Assembly (NCBI RefSeq): GCF_001194135.2
Contig: NC_068991.1
Coordinates: forward strand, 25,549,695 to 25,613,467
Source of the DNA: Octopus bimaculoides
Taxonomy: Eukaryota
Length of the DNA stretch: 63,773 nucleotides
Reading direction: 5' to 3'
A program made the position numbers and the translations under genes. Positions 37,211 to 50,221 of the stretch are shown piece after piece (within the stretch, counting starts at the first letter, position 1; each line of letters opens with the position of its first letter). The notes beneath the pieces were generated by a model. It was not told where the DNA came from, searched no databases, and saw nothing but the letters and a program-made list of their open reading frames with translations.

Positions 37211-38099
37211 ACTTCTATATTTCTCGGAATGCAATCTTTTACATTCTGCGTCCGTCTATTATCACTTAACATTTGTCTCCAGACCATGTAATTGTGAAAC
37301 GAACTACTTAATACTACGGTCATATCTGAGTTCATAAATATCTCTTTGACGATAAATTCTCATGGTTTCTTAACTTAGTTTTTCTTTCACCTACAATACA
37401 ATATCATTACGATTACGGTATTACCGTGTCTCAAATCTTAATATAATTGGACACAACATTTCTATTAAAAATAAAATCTATTTGACGTCAGTAAGAAGTA
37501 TTCCGTGTAAAATATTCTTACAACAGAACATGTTGTTAAAATATATTTTAAAACCTGATGAATATCGGTTCAGCGTAGAGTATGTAGCTGTTCCGAAGCT
37601 TCTCATTTATAACCAAACCACTCATCACGTTATCCCACTACTCCGTAAAGGCCTTTCGTTTCCATTTGGAGTTTCTCACTCCACTGTTTGAGAAATTCAT
37701 CTCAGTTTACATCTCCATCTCTTAGTTTGTGACCTTCGGCTTTTCCTACAGTTTCTTGGAATCAATTCTGTTAGCGATTTCGTTCAACTGTTGTCACTTA
37801 CCATTTGAATGTCCCCAGCCCAATTCACCTTCAACAATTTTATAAATTACAATCTGCTATTCTATTTCCTTTGTACTCGGATTAACTTCGTTAATTCCTT
37901 CCCTATCAAGCACAATGCTGTGGGGAACTATAAACTACCATGCAAGTACTTTCGAAATTCGTAGCAGATTTCAACCCTATCACATGAGGGATACTGAAAA
38001 GTATATAGTTTATATCGCTCTCATAATGAAGTAAATTTTCCTATGACGATAAAACACAAGACCAGTGCACATATCTTGAACTTCAGTTGCAATATCATC

Positions 38100-38310
38100 A
38101 ATCGGTGGCGAGAACCATTTGCATCCCGGGCAAAATGATTAGCGGCATTTCGTCCGTCTTGACGTCCTGAGTTCAAATTCCGCCGGGGTCGACTTTACCT
38201 TTCATCTTTCCCGATCGATAAAATAAGTACCAGTTGAACATTGGGGTCGATGTAATAGACTTAGCCCTCCCCCGAATTTGGTGGACTTGTGCTAAAATGT
38301 GAAACCGATA
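38100..38310 (+). mobile_element. SINE family A, near complete
   Basis: Colinear with 6808-7030 and 55762-55962. Confidence 0.88.
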
Positions 38311-38649
38311 TTACTCGTTCACTTATTATATCAACAATTTACATACAATTACCTATTATTGATTTGAATGAAAGGCTCATCGCAGTTTATATGACGAGCA
38401 GTTTCGCTTTAAACATTCGATAGAAGTATTTATTGGAAATTATCTCCTATTTATTGAGAAACTATCTCAAAGAAGCATTCTACATGCTAGCTGCGAATGT
38501 AGATGGAATTCGTGCAACATACAAATTTGAAGGTCTTGGTTTAATCCAGAAGAATGTTTACGCATTTAGTAGACGTGTAAGTGTGATTATGTTTGTATTT
38601 GGCATTATCGACGCTTATAACAGTTGTAAAATGGAAACAAAAGGACTGT

Positions 38650-38885
38650 TTTAGTTGCTCTGCTGAGTTAAGTGTTCAGAAAGGAACAAGCGACTGTTGT
38701 CAAACAATAGGAGATATGCACCACACGCACACAACCAGCTTTTCTCTCTCCACTAAATTATTGGCAAGCAGCGCTGCACATCGTGGGGCTGCAGTAGAAG
38801 ATATTTGCCAAAGTAGGACACTGCGCAGTGGAACTGAAATCGAAAGCAAGTAACCGTGAAGCAAACTCCTTAACCAAAGCTGTCT
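38650..38885 (-). mobile_element. SINE with B-type head
   Basis: Reverse complement 'ggttaaggagtttgcttcacgg...ttcagttccactgcgcagtg...ggcaaatatcttctactgcagccc'. Confidence 0.65.
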
Positions 38886-39177
38886 CAAAATCTTACTATC
38901 TTAAATAAATAACTAAATCCAAGATCTTCTACTATGCCATTCCTTCTACGATAGATATTAATCTTAAATTTTTAATGAGTAAAGAGGGGTGTATATTATT
39001 AATAATTCAATATTCAAAGAAGATTAACTGGGGGAGTGGGAGAGAGAGGGGGACGAAGTGTGGGGGAGAGACTAGGAGAGAAAAAGTAGGTGAGCGAGTG
39101 AAAGAGAAATTTTGTGAGATAGAGATTTGGATTTGGAGAGAGAAAATGGAAAGGAATGTGAGAGAGACGAAGAAATA

Positions 39178-39212
<35 letters not shown>

Positions 39213-39982
39213 CAGGCAGAGATAGTAAATTTATCAGAATGCTGAACAACAGGATGTTTTTAAAGTTTTGCATATTTTTAAGGTTGTTAAACAGAAACGA
39301 ATTAACATTAGTTTCAAATGTTGACACAAAGCCAGCAATTTCTGAGGAGGCAATAAGACCATTACATNNNNNNNNNNNNNNNNNNNNNNNNNNNNNNNNN
39401 NNNNNNNNNNNNNNNNNNNNNNNNNNNNNNNNNNNNNNNNNNNNNNNNNNNNNNNNNNNNNNNNNNNNNNNNNNNNNNNNNNNNNNNNNNNNNNNNNNNN
39501 NNNNNNNNNNNNNNNNNNNNNNNNNNNNNNNNNNNNNNNNNNNNNNNNNNNNNNNNNNNNNNNNNNNNNNNNNNNNNNNNNNNNNNNNNNNNNNNNNNNN
39601 NNNNNNNNNNNNNNNNNNNNNNNNNNNNNNNNNNNNNNNNNNNNNNNNNNNNNNNNNNNNNNNNNNNNNNNNNNNNNNNNNNNNNNNNNNNNNNNNNNNN
39701 NNNNNNNNNNNNNNNNNNNNNNNNNNNNNNNNNNNNNNNNNNNNNNNNNNNNNNNNNNNNNNNNNNNNNNNNNNNNNNNNNNNNNNNNNNNNNNNNNNNN
39801 NNNNNNNNNNNNNNNNNNNNNNNNNNNNNNNNNNNNNNNNNNNNNNNNNNNNTCATCGACCCCAGTATGCAACTGGTACTTATATCGATCTCGAAAGAAT
39901 GAAAGGCAAATTCCAGTTGGTCAGAATTTGAATCCAAAATGTGAACACGGATGAAATGCCGCTAAGCGTTCCGCCCGGTATA

Positions 39983-40317
39983 CTAACGACACTGCCAGCT
40001 TTCCGCCATAGAAACGAATCAATATTAAAAAGTTTCATAATCCATAAATGAATTACGCTATATAATCTGAAATAATATTTTAGAATTTAAATATCAAATG
40101 TGATTGTTATTACTTATTTTTCATCAAAATATTCAGATAGAATTGAAGTGAAATGAGTTGGAATGATGGCGGGAAAGGAGTGAAGAGAACTGTATCACAA
40201 TTCAAGATATCTTGGTAATAAAGGACTCAGATATGACTGCATCCATCTTTAAAAACAGATAAATCACTCTGTTGCAAACACTGATAATACCACTCGTTGC
40301 CTTAAGTTGCACACACA

Positions 40318-40353
<36 letters not shown>

Positions 40354-40611
40354 GATATTTGCATTTATGTTTCCTTATTTGGTGATTTCCTTCTTCGCAC
40401 ATTATTCATAATGCAAATAATAAACACTAGCGTCGTCAGTTACAGATTTTAGGTTTCCATTTAGCCTATCAATAGCTAACGACACTGCCGGCTTTCCGCC
40501 ATAGAAACGAATCAATATTAAAAAAGTTTCATAATCCATAAATGAATTACGCTATATAATCTGAAATAATATTTTAGAATTTAAATATCAAATGTGATTG
40601 TTATTACTTAT
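39983..40611 (+). repeat. ~135-bp direct duplication (39983-40117 and 40476-40611)
   Basis: The copies differ by one substitution (gccagc/gccggc) and one A in a homopolymer. Confidence 0.92.
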
Positions 40612-40619
40612 ATATATAT

Positions 40620-40890
40620 ATGTTACCTTGGCATCTGTCTTCTACCTTAGTCTCGAGTCGACCAAAACCTTGTGACTGGTTCTGGTAGATGGAAACTGAA
40701 ACACGTCGTATAAATGTATGTACAGTATATATGTGTGTGTCTGTTTGTCCCCCCACCCACCCAACAAATAGTGTTGATGTGTTTACTTCCTCATAACTTA
40801 GCGGTTCAGCAACAAAAAAACAAAGAATACTATCAGGATAAGAAAATATGTACTGGGGGTGATTCCTTCGACTATAATTTCTTCAAAACG
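40620..40890 (+). mobile_element. SINE family B, 5'-truncated
   Basis: 'gagtcgaccaaaaccttgtgactgg...gtagatggaaactgaa...gtttgtcccccca...gtgtttacttcctcataacttagcggttcagc'. Confidence 0.8.
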
Positions 40891-41012
40891 GTAGAATAAT
40901 TTCGTCCCCCGGTTAAGCACAACTTAACAACTTCAGTTCATTTAGGAGGACCCAGTTTGTTACAAGCATTTATCCAGCTTACCAGATACTTCCCATATAT
41001 ATACAAACACAA

Positions 41013-41058
<46 letters not shown>

Positions 41059-41070
41059 TANNNNNNNNNN

Positions 41071-41119
<49 letters not shown>

Positions 41120-41299
41120 TACGTATGTATGTTTATTACAAAAAGATAAAGTAAAGCAATTAATTAGAAATGAACAATAGAAATATTAATAAATATATAA
41201 CTTAAAGCGAGATTAACTTATATAGGGTTTCCGATAATAATTTTCTAGCAATATTGGTATATCTAACTTTCTTATTCCTAATTTTGACAGAAGATAAGT

Positions 41300-42660
41300 C
41301 ATTTCTCTATGGGGAAAGAAAAATTGATTACATTGACCTCAATACTCCACTGGTACTTATTCTATCGATCCCGAAATGATAAAAGGTAAATCCAGCCTCA
41401 GCGGGTTCTGAATCAGAACATAAATCCAGAAGAAAAGCCATTAAGCCTTAGTCTTGAGTGTTAATGATTCTGCCATCTTGACGTCTTTCTTGGCTTCAGA
41501 TTTTCGCATATGGACAGCAATTTCAGGCGGAGAGCGATAGTCGATTTACATGGACCTCGATCAACATCGAACTTCACAACATTCAGCGTATGTTTCACTA
41601 TGCGGTGGTTGAACTTGAAAATAGCGTAAACATGTGCCTCAAATCACAAACTGCTCTCTGAGAAAAGGACTGTAAAGGGCGTTCCGTGGCAAAAAACTTC
41701 CCTAGGAACTGGATGGTCACTATTTGAATATCCACGAATATAATTCTTCTAATTGGGTCTGATCTAGAACCTAAAAATATTAAAATCACATGATGAGAAT
41801 TATATAGCTAAAATTGTCTTGAAGTTTTTAAATGTCGTCATACAGACGATAAAATCCATTAACCCACTGTATATAACTGGTACTTACTTTATTGAGCATA
41901 AAGTAATGGAAAGCAATGCTGTCACTGGCAGGAGTAGAAATTAGAACATAAATGGATGTAGCTAAATACCAGGAGTTTATATGTCCGGCAGAACACTACC
42001 AAAGCTTCTGTTTTAATTAATGATTGTTCCTGGTTAAAGCACAAAGGCGGACTTTTCGGAGTAGTAGAGTTACTCAATTAAATCGACCCTTCTACTTGAC
42101 TGGTAATATAATTTATTGTTCCACACGGATGAGGCAAATTTGAACTCGGCGGGATTTGATTTCAGAACGTAAAGATTGTAATTAAATATCACAAGGCATG
42201 TGTTCAACACACCAATGATTTTACTCCTCAATTTTTCTAATTATGTGGTAATTAATTTGTTTCTCATTTAGGCACAAGAACAGCAATTTTCAGGGAAGGT
42301 GTCAGTCGATGCGATTGACCTCAAATTTGAGTGGTATTTTATAGAATTAAAAGCTGAGGGGTGAAGGACAAATTCTACTTTAGCAGGACTTGAACTCAGA
42401 TCATAAAGAACCAAAGCATATGTCGGAACGCACTTTCCTGATGCTTTAACGATTCTACCAGATGGTCGCCTTAGAATGGTTTCTGATTTAGGTACAATTA
42501 AGTCGATATAATCATCTCAGCAGCTTGATACTTGATTGGTAAATAATTTAAATGATCGGGTAAAAGTCGCTTACATCAACCCGAATGCTCAACTGGTACT
42601 CATTTCATCAACTCCAAAAGGATGAAAAACAAAGTTTACCTCGGCGGAATGGGTAATTAA
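41300..42660 (-). mobile_element. Cluster of at least 5 decayed SINE family A copies or fragments, all on the minus strand
   Basis: Repeated 'actggtactta..ttat.gac...aaaggcaaa.t.gacct..gc.gga.ttga...cagaac' at ~41340, 41875, 42085, 42325, 42590. Confidence 0.75.
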
Positions 42661-42984
42661 ATATCACAAGACAATTTACCGCTTCTCAGTAACCTGAGCG
42701 CGAAATTTGGCTTTTATCATTCTGGCGTCGATAATTCAAAAATAGCCTCAATCCAGGACTGTTTATTTGTGGAACACTTAGATCGATGGTCGCGAACATC
42801 TGAAGCATCTGTTCCGGGATTTTGAGTAGAAAGCAATAGTGCTAAATTATATGGGCCATACTTTAACTTGGCTATCACCACAAACGTGAATCAATGGAGA
42901 CTTTTATACATGAACAACCGTCAGTCTTCATCAGAAAACTACTACTACAATATATAAAACTTGCGTCTTTCACAGTGATAATAA

Positions 42985-43070
42985 AATAAGTGCCAGTTGA
43001 ATACTGGGGTCGACCATCGTCCTCACCTCAAAATTGCTGGCCTTGTGTCAAAATTTGAAACCAATATTTT
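42985..43070 (+). mobile_element. SINE family A 3' part
   Basis: 'aaaataagtgccagttgaatactggggtcgac...aattgctggccttgtgtcaaaatttgaaaccaatatt'. Confidence 0.8.
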
Positions 43071-44669
43071 GTGATAAGTGACTTTCGTAAAGTTGAGTTG
43101 AATCACTTCAGTATTGGGTTTGCATCCAATTTATCGACTTTGAAAGGATGAAAATGAAAGCTAACTTGGGCTGGATTTGAAATTATAACAAAAAGTGAGA
43201 AGTTAGTTGTACCAAGACATTTGGTCTGAGGCTTTACATATTTTGAATGCAAATGCTTTATAATACTAGCAATTAAAGGCAAAGATTTTCGGAGAAAGTT
43301 TTGTAGTTTGGATATTTTAAATAAAAACATATCGATGATCAACTAATCAGCAAATTTCTACTTCATCAATATGAAACATACATAAAACCCTAATCCTATT
43401 TTATGAGCTTTAATTTTATATTCCCGCTTGCATCAAAGTTGTTTGATCTATAATATACGTATGGGGAGGAAGTATTATCCATTTAAGTCGGCTATAAGCT
43501 GGAAAAGATTACTTTTAGACACAAGTGGCTAATATAAATATTCAATATGCTTAATAAACTTCTGCTGAATTTGGCATTTAAGAATTCATTTTCTTCTCTG
43601 TCTTCAAAAGAATTTAACTCAACAAACTAGAGTCATAGTAAGGATTTACAGCGCAAGGGCATAAGGTTTGAGTCATACGCTGCCGAAAGGTTCGTAAACT
43701 GTTATATTCTCATATTGACAGCTCGTTTAGGGATATATCCTGCGGTGCAACTGTGCAGCATTTAAAATAATATAATATAAATTAAATTAGTCACACAACG
43801 CAATAAACTCTGACGTAACTGTGCATTCGATTGAAAAATGTCAGATATTTACTGCAACCTATTTTGTATACTGCTCGAAAGCTGAAAGGTAAATTTAAAA
43901 TCTGTGTGATTGGAAAACGAGCGTAAAGATATGAAAACTACAGGGCGTTTGGCCAACAGAATCTGCTGACGATGCCATCACAGTGTAAGAGCTTCTCACG
44001 CTTACATAAAAATGCATGCTCTACACATTATTTAATTTCAAATAGCCCTTACAAATATACACGAAGTACAATAGATATTATCGATTGTAGAAGATTTTGT
44101 GTCTTTAGTCAAGAGAGAAGGCAATAGATACGACCCTATAAAGGGTCCTCAAGACAGGCGATGGAGGTATGATAAGCATCCGGAAATCTGGTTCAAATGC
44201 TTGCAACTCACACGGTCCTCGTAGTTACGAAGAGATATGTCAAGACTTAATTAACAGTGCCAAAAAAAAAAAAAATCCATCTTTCATTCCGCCAAAATAA
44301 TAACTGTACATGGAGACAATATGAATAACGAGAGTGATTTCATGAAACTTTGAAAATGACCTACTCACTATATTTTCGATTCTAGCCATATTAGAATACA
44401 ACTATAGACAAGATGGAACATCAGGATACGTCCATAGCAAAATCCCGTGGTACTGCCGAATTCAAACAAACCGGAAATAATAGGAATACAAACCTGAAAT
44501 AAATAAATAAATAAATAAATCATAATATCAAAATATTTTCAGACATTATTAGATATAAAGAGAGAAATACAATGTACAATATGCCCTACCACTGAATACA
44601 TACATTGCGTTCTTGATTTATATACACTAATATAAATGTATATGATACTGAAAATACGATACACAAATA

Positions 44670-44702
<33 letters not shown>

Positions 44703-44730
44703 ATGTATGTATGTATGTATGTATGTATGT

Positions 44731-45234
44731 CATTATTTAGTTTATTTCTAGATTTCTTGCCAATAGAGAAAGAACCGCTTTCTAACCTAGATCCAAGGTT
44801 CCTTCATTGGAATTTCAACATCAACAACAGGGTATTTCTGTATGTATGTATGTATGTATGTATGTATGTATGTATGTGCAGATTTGTATGTTTTATGTAT
44901 GTATTCTCATGCACATAGTCACATATCTAGATATGCTCTATATATTTGAATGATAAACTTCTGGAAAGTTTTAGATTTTACAGTTCCAGTGATGGGTTGG
45001 ATCTGTAGTCTTCGAATTAGCTTTCTCCTTTATGGTTTTGAGAAGTCTTATTTCTCAATATTGGTATTTAGGCAGTGTGTTACATATCCCAGGTCCCCAA
45101 TAATTACGGGTATAAACCTGAACTTGTAATCTGGATAAAGTTACTGCAGATTTCTCTTTTTCACTGATCTTCAGGTTTAAGTTCACATCAACTGGGCAGC
45201 TAATTTCCACAGCTGTGCACACCTTCTCTTCTCT
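44731..45234 (-). mobile_element. 5'-truncated RLE-type (R4-like) LINE embedded in (CATA)n, with an internal (CATA)n in its 3' UTR
   Basis: Minus strand: REEKVCTAVEISCPVDVNLNLKISEKE/NLQ*LYPDYKFRFIPVIIGDLGYVTHCLNTNIEK*DFSKP*RRKLIRRLQIQPITGTV. (TATG)n at 44701-44730, 44839-44877 and 45235-45285. Confidence 0.8.
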
Positions 45235-46456
45235 ATGTATGTATGTATGTATGTATGTATGTATGTATGTATGTATGTATGTATGCATGTACTGATAGTT
45301 GAAATGGAAGAAATTAAAATTTAAAGCACTTATTTTTACAATGTTACATATTACAATATTACAAGGACTTTCATGTATTGTAGAGGTGCCATTTTTTAAA
45401 ATATAAGCAATACAGTTTATTATTAGCAATCTTCATGTAAATGCTCATGTAGTAATTGCATTAGCAAAGAGCTAATGCGCTTCACACTTCTTTTAAGCAG
45501 CTTGAAGAAGGTAGCAACTCCGTTGACATTGATCACGTGTATTCACAGAAATATTTTAACCAGCCAGAAGCATTTCAGATAAATAATATTACTACAGTTT
45601 TCAAGCAAAATTAAATTTAAATCAATATTCTTCTTACTCTTGTTGTGGTTCTTTTAAATTTTAATGAACAGAATATTTATCAATTTCCGGGCTCTATTTT
45701 GATTGAAGCATTGAAGTATTGATGTATTGTAGGGTCTCCAACGTTTCAGACCAAACAGTATTGTTATATAATCAAACAGAACTATTTGTATGCAATCCCT
45801 GCTTTGCTGTTAGGGAATTGGTAGCTATTGCCACCATCGAAGAGTGGCAGACAATGAACTGAGAAATAAAACGACAGACTGAAGTCAAAAGGAGACAATC
45901 GAAGACGAAAAACATTTCAAGAGCATTTTTTCCCAGACTTATTAGGAAAAAAGTTTCCACATCGACAGAACTAGGAAATTTAAGACAAATCCTTTAAGAC
46001 AAATCTGAAAATGTACATATTGAAAAGTCTCTATTCAATAATCGAAACAAAATCACGAGATGTGGAAAAGAAGATACACCAAAATCAGAGTGAGAGAGGC
46101 GCGTCAAAAAGCGCTAACAGAGTTGAAAATTTAGAAGGTAAAATTAGATCGAGAGGTACGTTTTGAGAACGATAGAAAAGTATGTTTTTGAAAATATCAG
46201 TCGTTATATTTATACATGTTATATGTAAGAGTAGATGTGTACCTGACGCCACAGTTAGTGAGATTCAGCTGTGTGTTAACCTGTAATCATGTATGTTGGG
46301 TGTACTACACGTAAATACAAAGCAAGCAAAAAAAAAAACAGGGAAGATAATAAATTAAAAAAATAAAAACAGAAAGTAGAAAGTCGAGTGCAAAGCATGA
46401 ATTTTTAAGTGTAATAACGGTTCCACTAAATAAAGTTTCTGTATCTTATAATCATA

Positions 46457-46457
<1 letters not shown>

Positions 46458-46540
<83 letters not shown>

Positions 46541-46590
46541 CGCTGCTGTCACTACTAATCCTACTGCTGTTGCTGCTGCTGCTGTTACTC
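46458..46590. repeat. (ACT)n to (GCT)n compound microsatellite
   Basis: Directly visible. Confidence 0.95.
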
Positions 46591-46736
46591 CACTACTAGT
46601 GCAGTAGTAGAGTGGGTATTATGTTAGATATACAAAAATGAAAATGCAAAGGTGTGAGACTTTCGAATGTACTGTACAGTGGGTGAAACGCGTGTGTGTA
46701 TATGTGTGCGTGTAGTGCATATATATATACACACAC

Positions 46737-46770
<34 letters not shown>

Positions 46771-47069
46771 ATGCCTATATACATGCATATGTAGATGCCT
46801 ATATGTATATATATATATATTAAAAATATACATATATATATATATATATNNNNNNNNNNNNNNNNNNNNNNNNNNNNNNNNNNNNNNNNNNNNNNNNNNN
46901 NNNNNNNNNNNNNNNNNNNNNNNNNNNNNNNNNNNNNNNNNNNNNNNNNNNNNNNNNNNNNNNNNNNNNNNNNNNNNNNNNNNNNNNNNNNNNNNNNNNN
47001 NNNNNNNNNNNNNNNNNNNNNNNNNNNNNNNNNNNNNNTATATATATACATACACATATATTCATACAT

Positions 47070-47111
<42 letters not shown>

Positions 47112-47294
47112 CCCCCTTTCATACTCATACATATGGATGCGCATATATGCGTGTGCGTCAGAATCCCTGTCTGTTAAATTCATAACACATTTGTGTTCCA
47201 ATTTCTCCACGGACGCTATATTAAGAGAGAAACACAAATGAAAAAATAACATTGCAACAAAATTACAAAATATGTAAACTAAAATAATGATTTC

Positions 47295-47495
47295 AAACTT
47301 TGGCACAAGGCCAGCAATGTTGAGAATTGGCTAAGACGACTACATCGACCACAGTTTGCAACTCGTACTTATTTTATCGACTCCGAATGGCTCGACCTCG
47401 GCTGCATGTTGAACTCAGGACTCAGAAGACGTGTAAAGTGGCGCTAAGCATTTTGCCCCGCGTGTTAACGATTCTGTCAGCTCACCGCTTTACAT
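47295..47495 (-). mobile_element. SINE family A
   Basis: 'tttcaaactttggcacaaggccagcaat...catcgaccacag...gtacttattttatcgac...gttaacgattctgtcagctcaccgc'. Confidence 0.85.
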
Positions 47496-48499
47496 GAACT
47501 ATAATAGTAATTACTAACGACGAAAGAAATTTATAATCAGTCGTCACGATTTTATTAGATACAGCATAACTACCATATTCATTTTCTACCTTTTACAAAT
47601 CACGGTGTCAACCTGCTACTGTTATCACTGCAATTCAAAAATGCGATCGAGAAAGTCTGGAGAGATGTTTTAAGGAAAGTTATTCCTTTAATATAAATAC
47701 AAACACCAGTATCAACTCAAATACAGTGTGTAGCTAAATAGCCTCCCAGATTCACTATTCTTGATAAACTTTCCAACAGCAAACACAAGCTGTGCACCAT
47801 TGCAAACGATCAAAGAAACTAAAACCTTCACGATACCTTAGCGAGAAGAAGACATCTGCTAACTTCAGGTGTACCACTCCAAAGGCTGTGAAAAAGAAGT
47901 GAGGTATTTCTCTAACATCCTGTACATAAACTGTTATTTAAGAAAATCAAATTCGTATCTTATATAAGAGAATGAGAAGAATGTCGCATAAGAAACAACA
48001 GTCCATGTCTCGCAATGCATATAGAGTGTAATACACTTTGTGATTCAAACGGTTCAAACTCATCAAACGGTTCTAACTCATCAAACGCAATGTCACACAT
48101 TCTATGGAATGCTACGTCATTTACACGTTCGTTCCGGTACAAGAAATTCGCTTGATCGAACAATTGCTTCCTCATCATCGAACGACAGAGATGCAGTACT
48201 ACCGTAAGCGTAAAACAATTTTCCACGTGCAACCACATTTATATAATTCATACGACATACATAGTCGTAGATAAACCAGCCAGTTTTCAAGTTTATTATA
48301 ATCACGTGAATTTATTGCTGTTTTCTTTTCTAGAACGTTCTATGTATTGGCTACATAAACCTATTCTCTTGACTTTCGCAGTTTCATTAATGGTTTGGCA
48401 TGAAAGTCTATACAATAGTGTAACTACTGTTAATGAGATTGTATTTATGTCAAAATCTATACAGCGAGTTCTCTTTCTCCCGAATGTCACAACAAGTGC

Positions 48500-48777
48500 A
48501 GCTCTTGTGTCGTAGATGTGGGTTACGCAATTTCTTGCTCAAGAACCTGTAAAGGTAACTTTCGTTTATAGTGTTCAAACATTTGTGCTGTACTTTTGCT
48601 CACGCCCTCCATGAAATCGACATCGCCAGCAAAGGTGTACGATGTGCCACACATCGGATGTAGAAGTGATCGCAGACCAACGTGAAAGGAATCGTTTTTG
48701 CCCAAGAACATAACGTGAATCGAAACAAAGATCTTGAAATTGTGAGTACAATACACTAACCATTAAACCACTCACCT
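48500..48777 (-). mobile_element. tRNA-derived SINE of a fourth type (family D)
   Basis: Reverse complement begins 'gaaggtgagtggtttaatggttagtgtattg..ctcacaatttcaagatctttgtttcgattc' (A/B boxes), then 'ttcttgggcaaaaacg..tttcacgttg', as in C heads, but with a distinct body. Confidence 0.7.
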
Positions 48778-48996
48778 TCTACATACACACGCATACATAT
48801 TTATACACACATACATGTGTGTGTATATATGTTCACACACACACTTACATATATACATACATGCATTTATACATATATGCATGCATACATATATACATAC
48901 ATGTATAAGAATATTTATGCGTATGTATGTATATGTAATATGTATAAAATGCATCCAACTATCTATCTATCTATCTATCTATCGATCTATCTATCG

Positions 48997-49043
<47 letters not shown>

Positions 49044-49104
49044 CATCTAACTATTTATCTATCTAGACTACATAAATAGAAAGATACAAATACACAAACA
49101 CACA

Positions 49105-49139
<35 letters not shown>

Positions 49140-49414
49140 ACATATATATATGTGCACGTGTATATATGTCAACATTTTTTCTTACGTGCATGGGCGTGTT
49201 TAGTGTTGTGCTTTAAGTTTTTTCCTGAATGATGTACGTTATATAGTTGTATAGTTCAACTCATCAAACAGAATATATCGCTCTGCAAAAAAGATAAAAT
49301 TAGAAGAGACGACAAAAATAGAACTGGAAATAGATAAGACGAAAAGCTGATAAGTTGCAGCATAACAATGTAGGTAGTCTTATAAAATATGCATCTATCA
49401 CACTCTCTATCTAT

Positions 49415-49459
<45 letters not shown>

Positions 49460-49568
49460 GCACACACGTATACACCACGTTGTGTGTGTGTGTATATATA
49501 TATTTATATACACACACACAGAAGGAGAAAGAAATGGAGAGATATACACACATAGATGTATACGTGCG

Positions 49569-49667
<99 letters not shown>

Positions 49668-50221
49668 ATTCAGCATTCACACAGGTATATATGTTATTCA
49701 TTTATTCTTTTATGGTTTCAGCAATTGGACAGCGGCAATTGTAGGGCAACGCTTTCAAACGTTTAACCGAACGGTCGACCAGAGCACTTGCAGTACTTTT
49801 CTTTTTAAGTCTGGTACGTATTCTATCACACTTATTCCACGAATCGCTCATTAATGGGGATATAAACAAACGGATGCCCTTTCTTAATACACACACACAC
49901 ACACACACATACACACACAAACACACGGACGCACAGACGCATACATGCTTGATTTCATGAATGCATGCACGCATCCATACATACATGGATCTTTTGTTTC
50001 TTTTGGCGTGTCTAAAAATGATGATGCGCTAGAAACGATTGCCGGACTTGTATGATGTAATATTCCCCATTCTTGTTGATGTTGCCACACACACACACAT
50101 ACACACACGCAAACACACACACACACACACACATACACACACACATAAACACACACACACAAACACAAACACACACACAAACACAGAGACACACAAACAC
50201 GCACACACACACATGACGCTC

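Noticed and set aside
45770-46200. Purine-rich stretch that looks like decayed coding sequence (also 55990-56460)
   Set aside because: No frame gave a motif I could assign to a TE or gene family.
4030-48095. Short 15-18 bp tandem duplications at ~4030-4086, 8430-8468, 27663-27702, 45978-46008 and 48047-48095
   Set aside because: Ordinary slippage or repair duplications with no further structure.
48523-48756. 77-aa ORF that reads like a globular protein (..GDVDFMEGVSKSTAQMFEHYKRKLPLQ..)
   Set aside because: It lies wholly inside a tRNA-headed SINE body.
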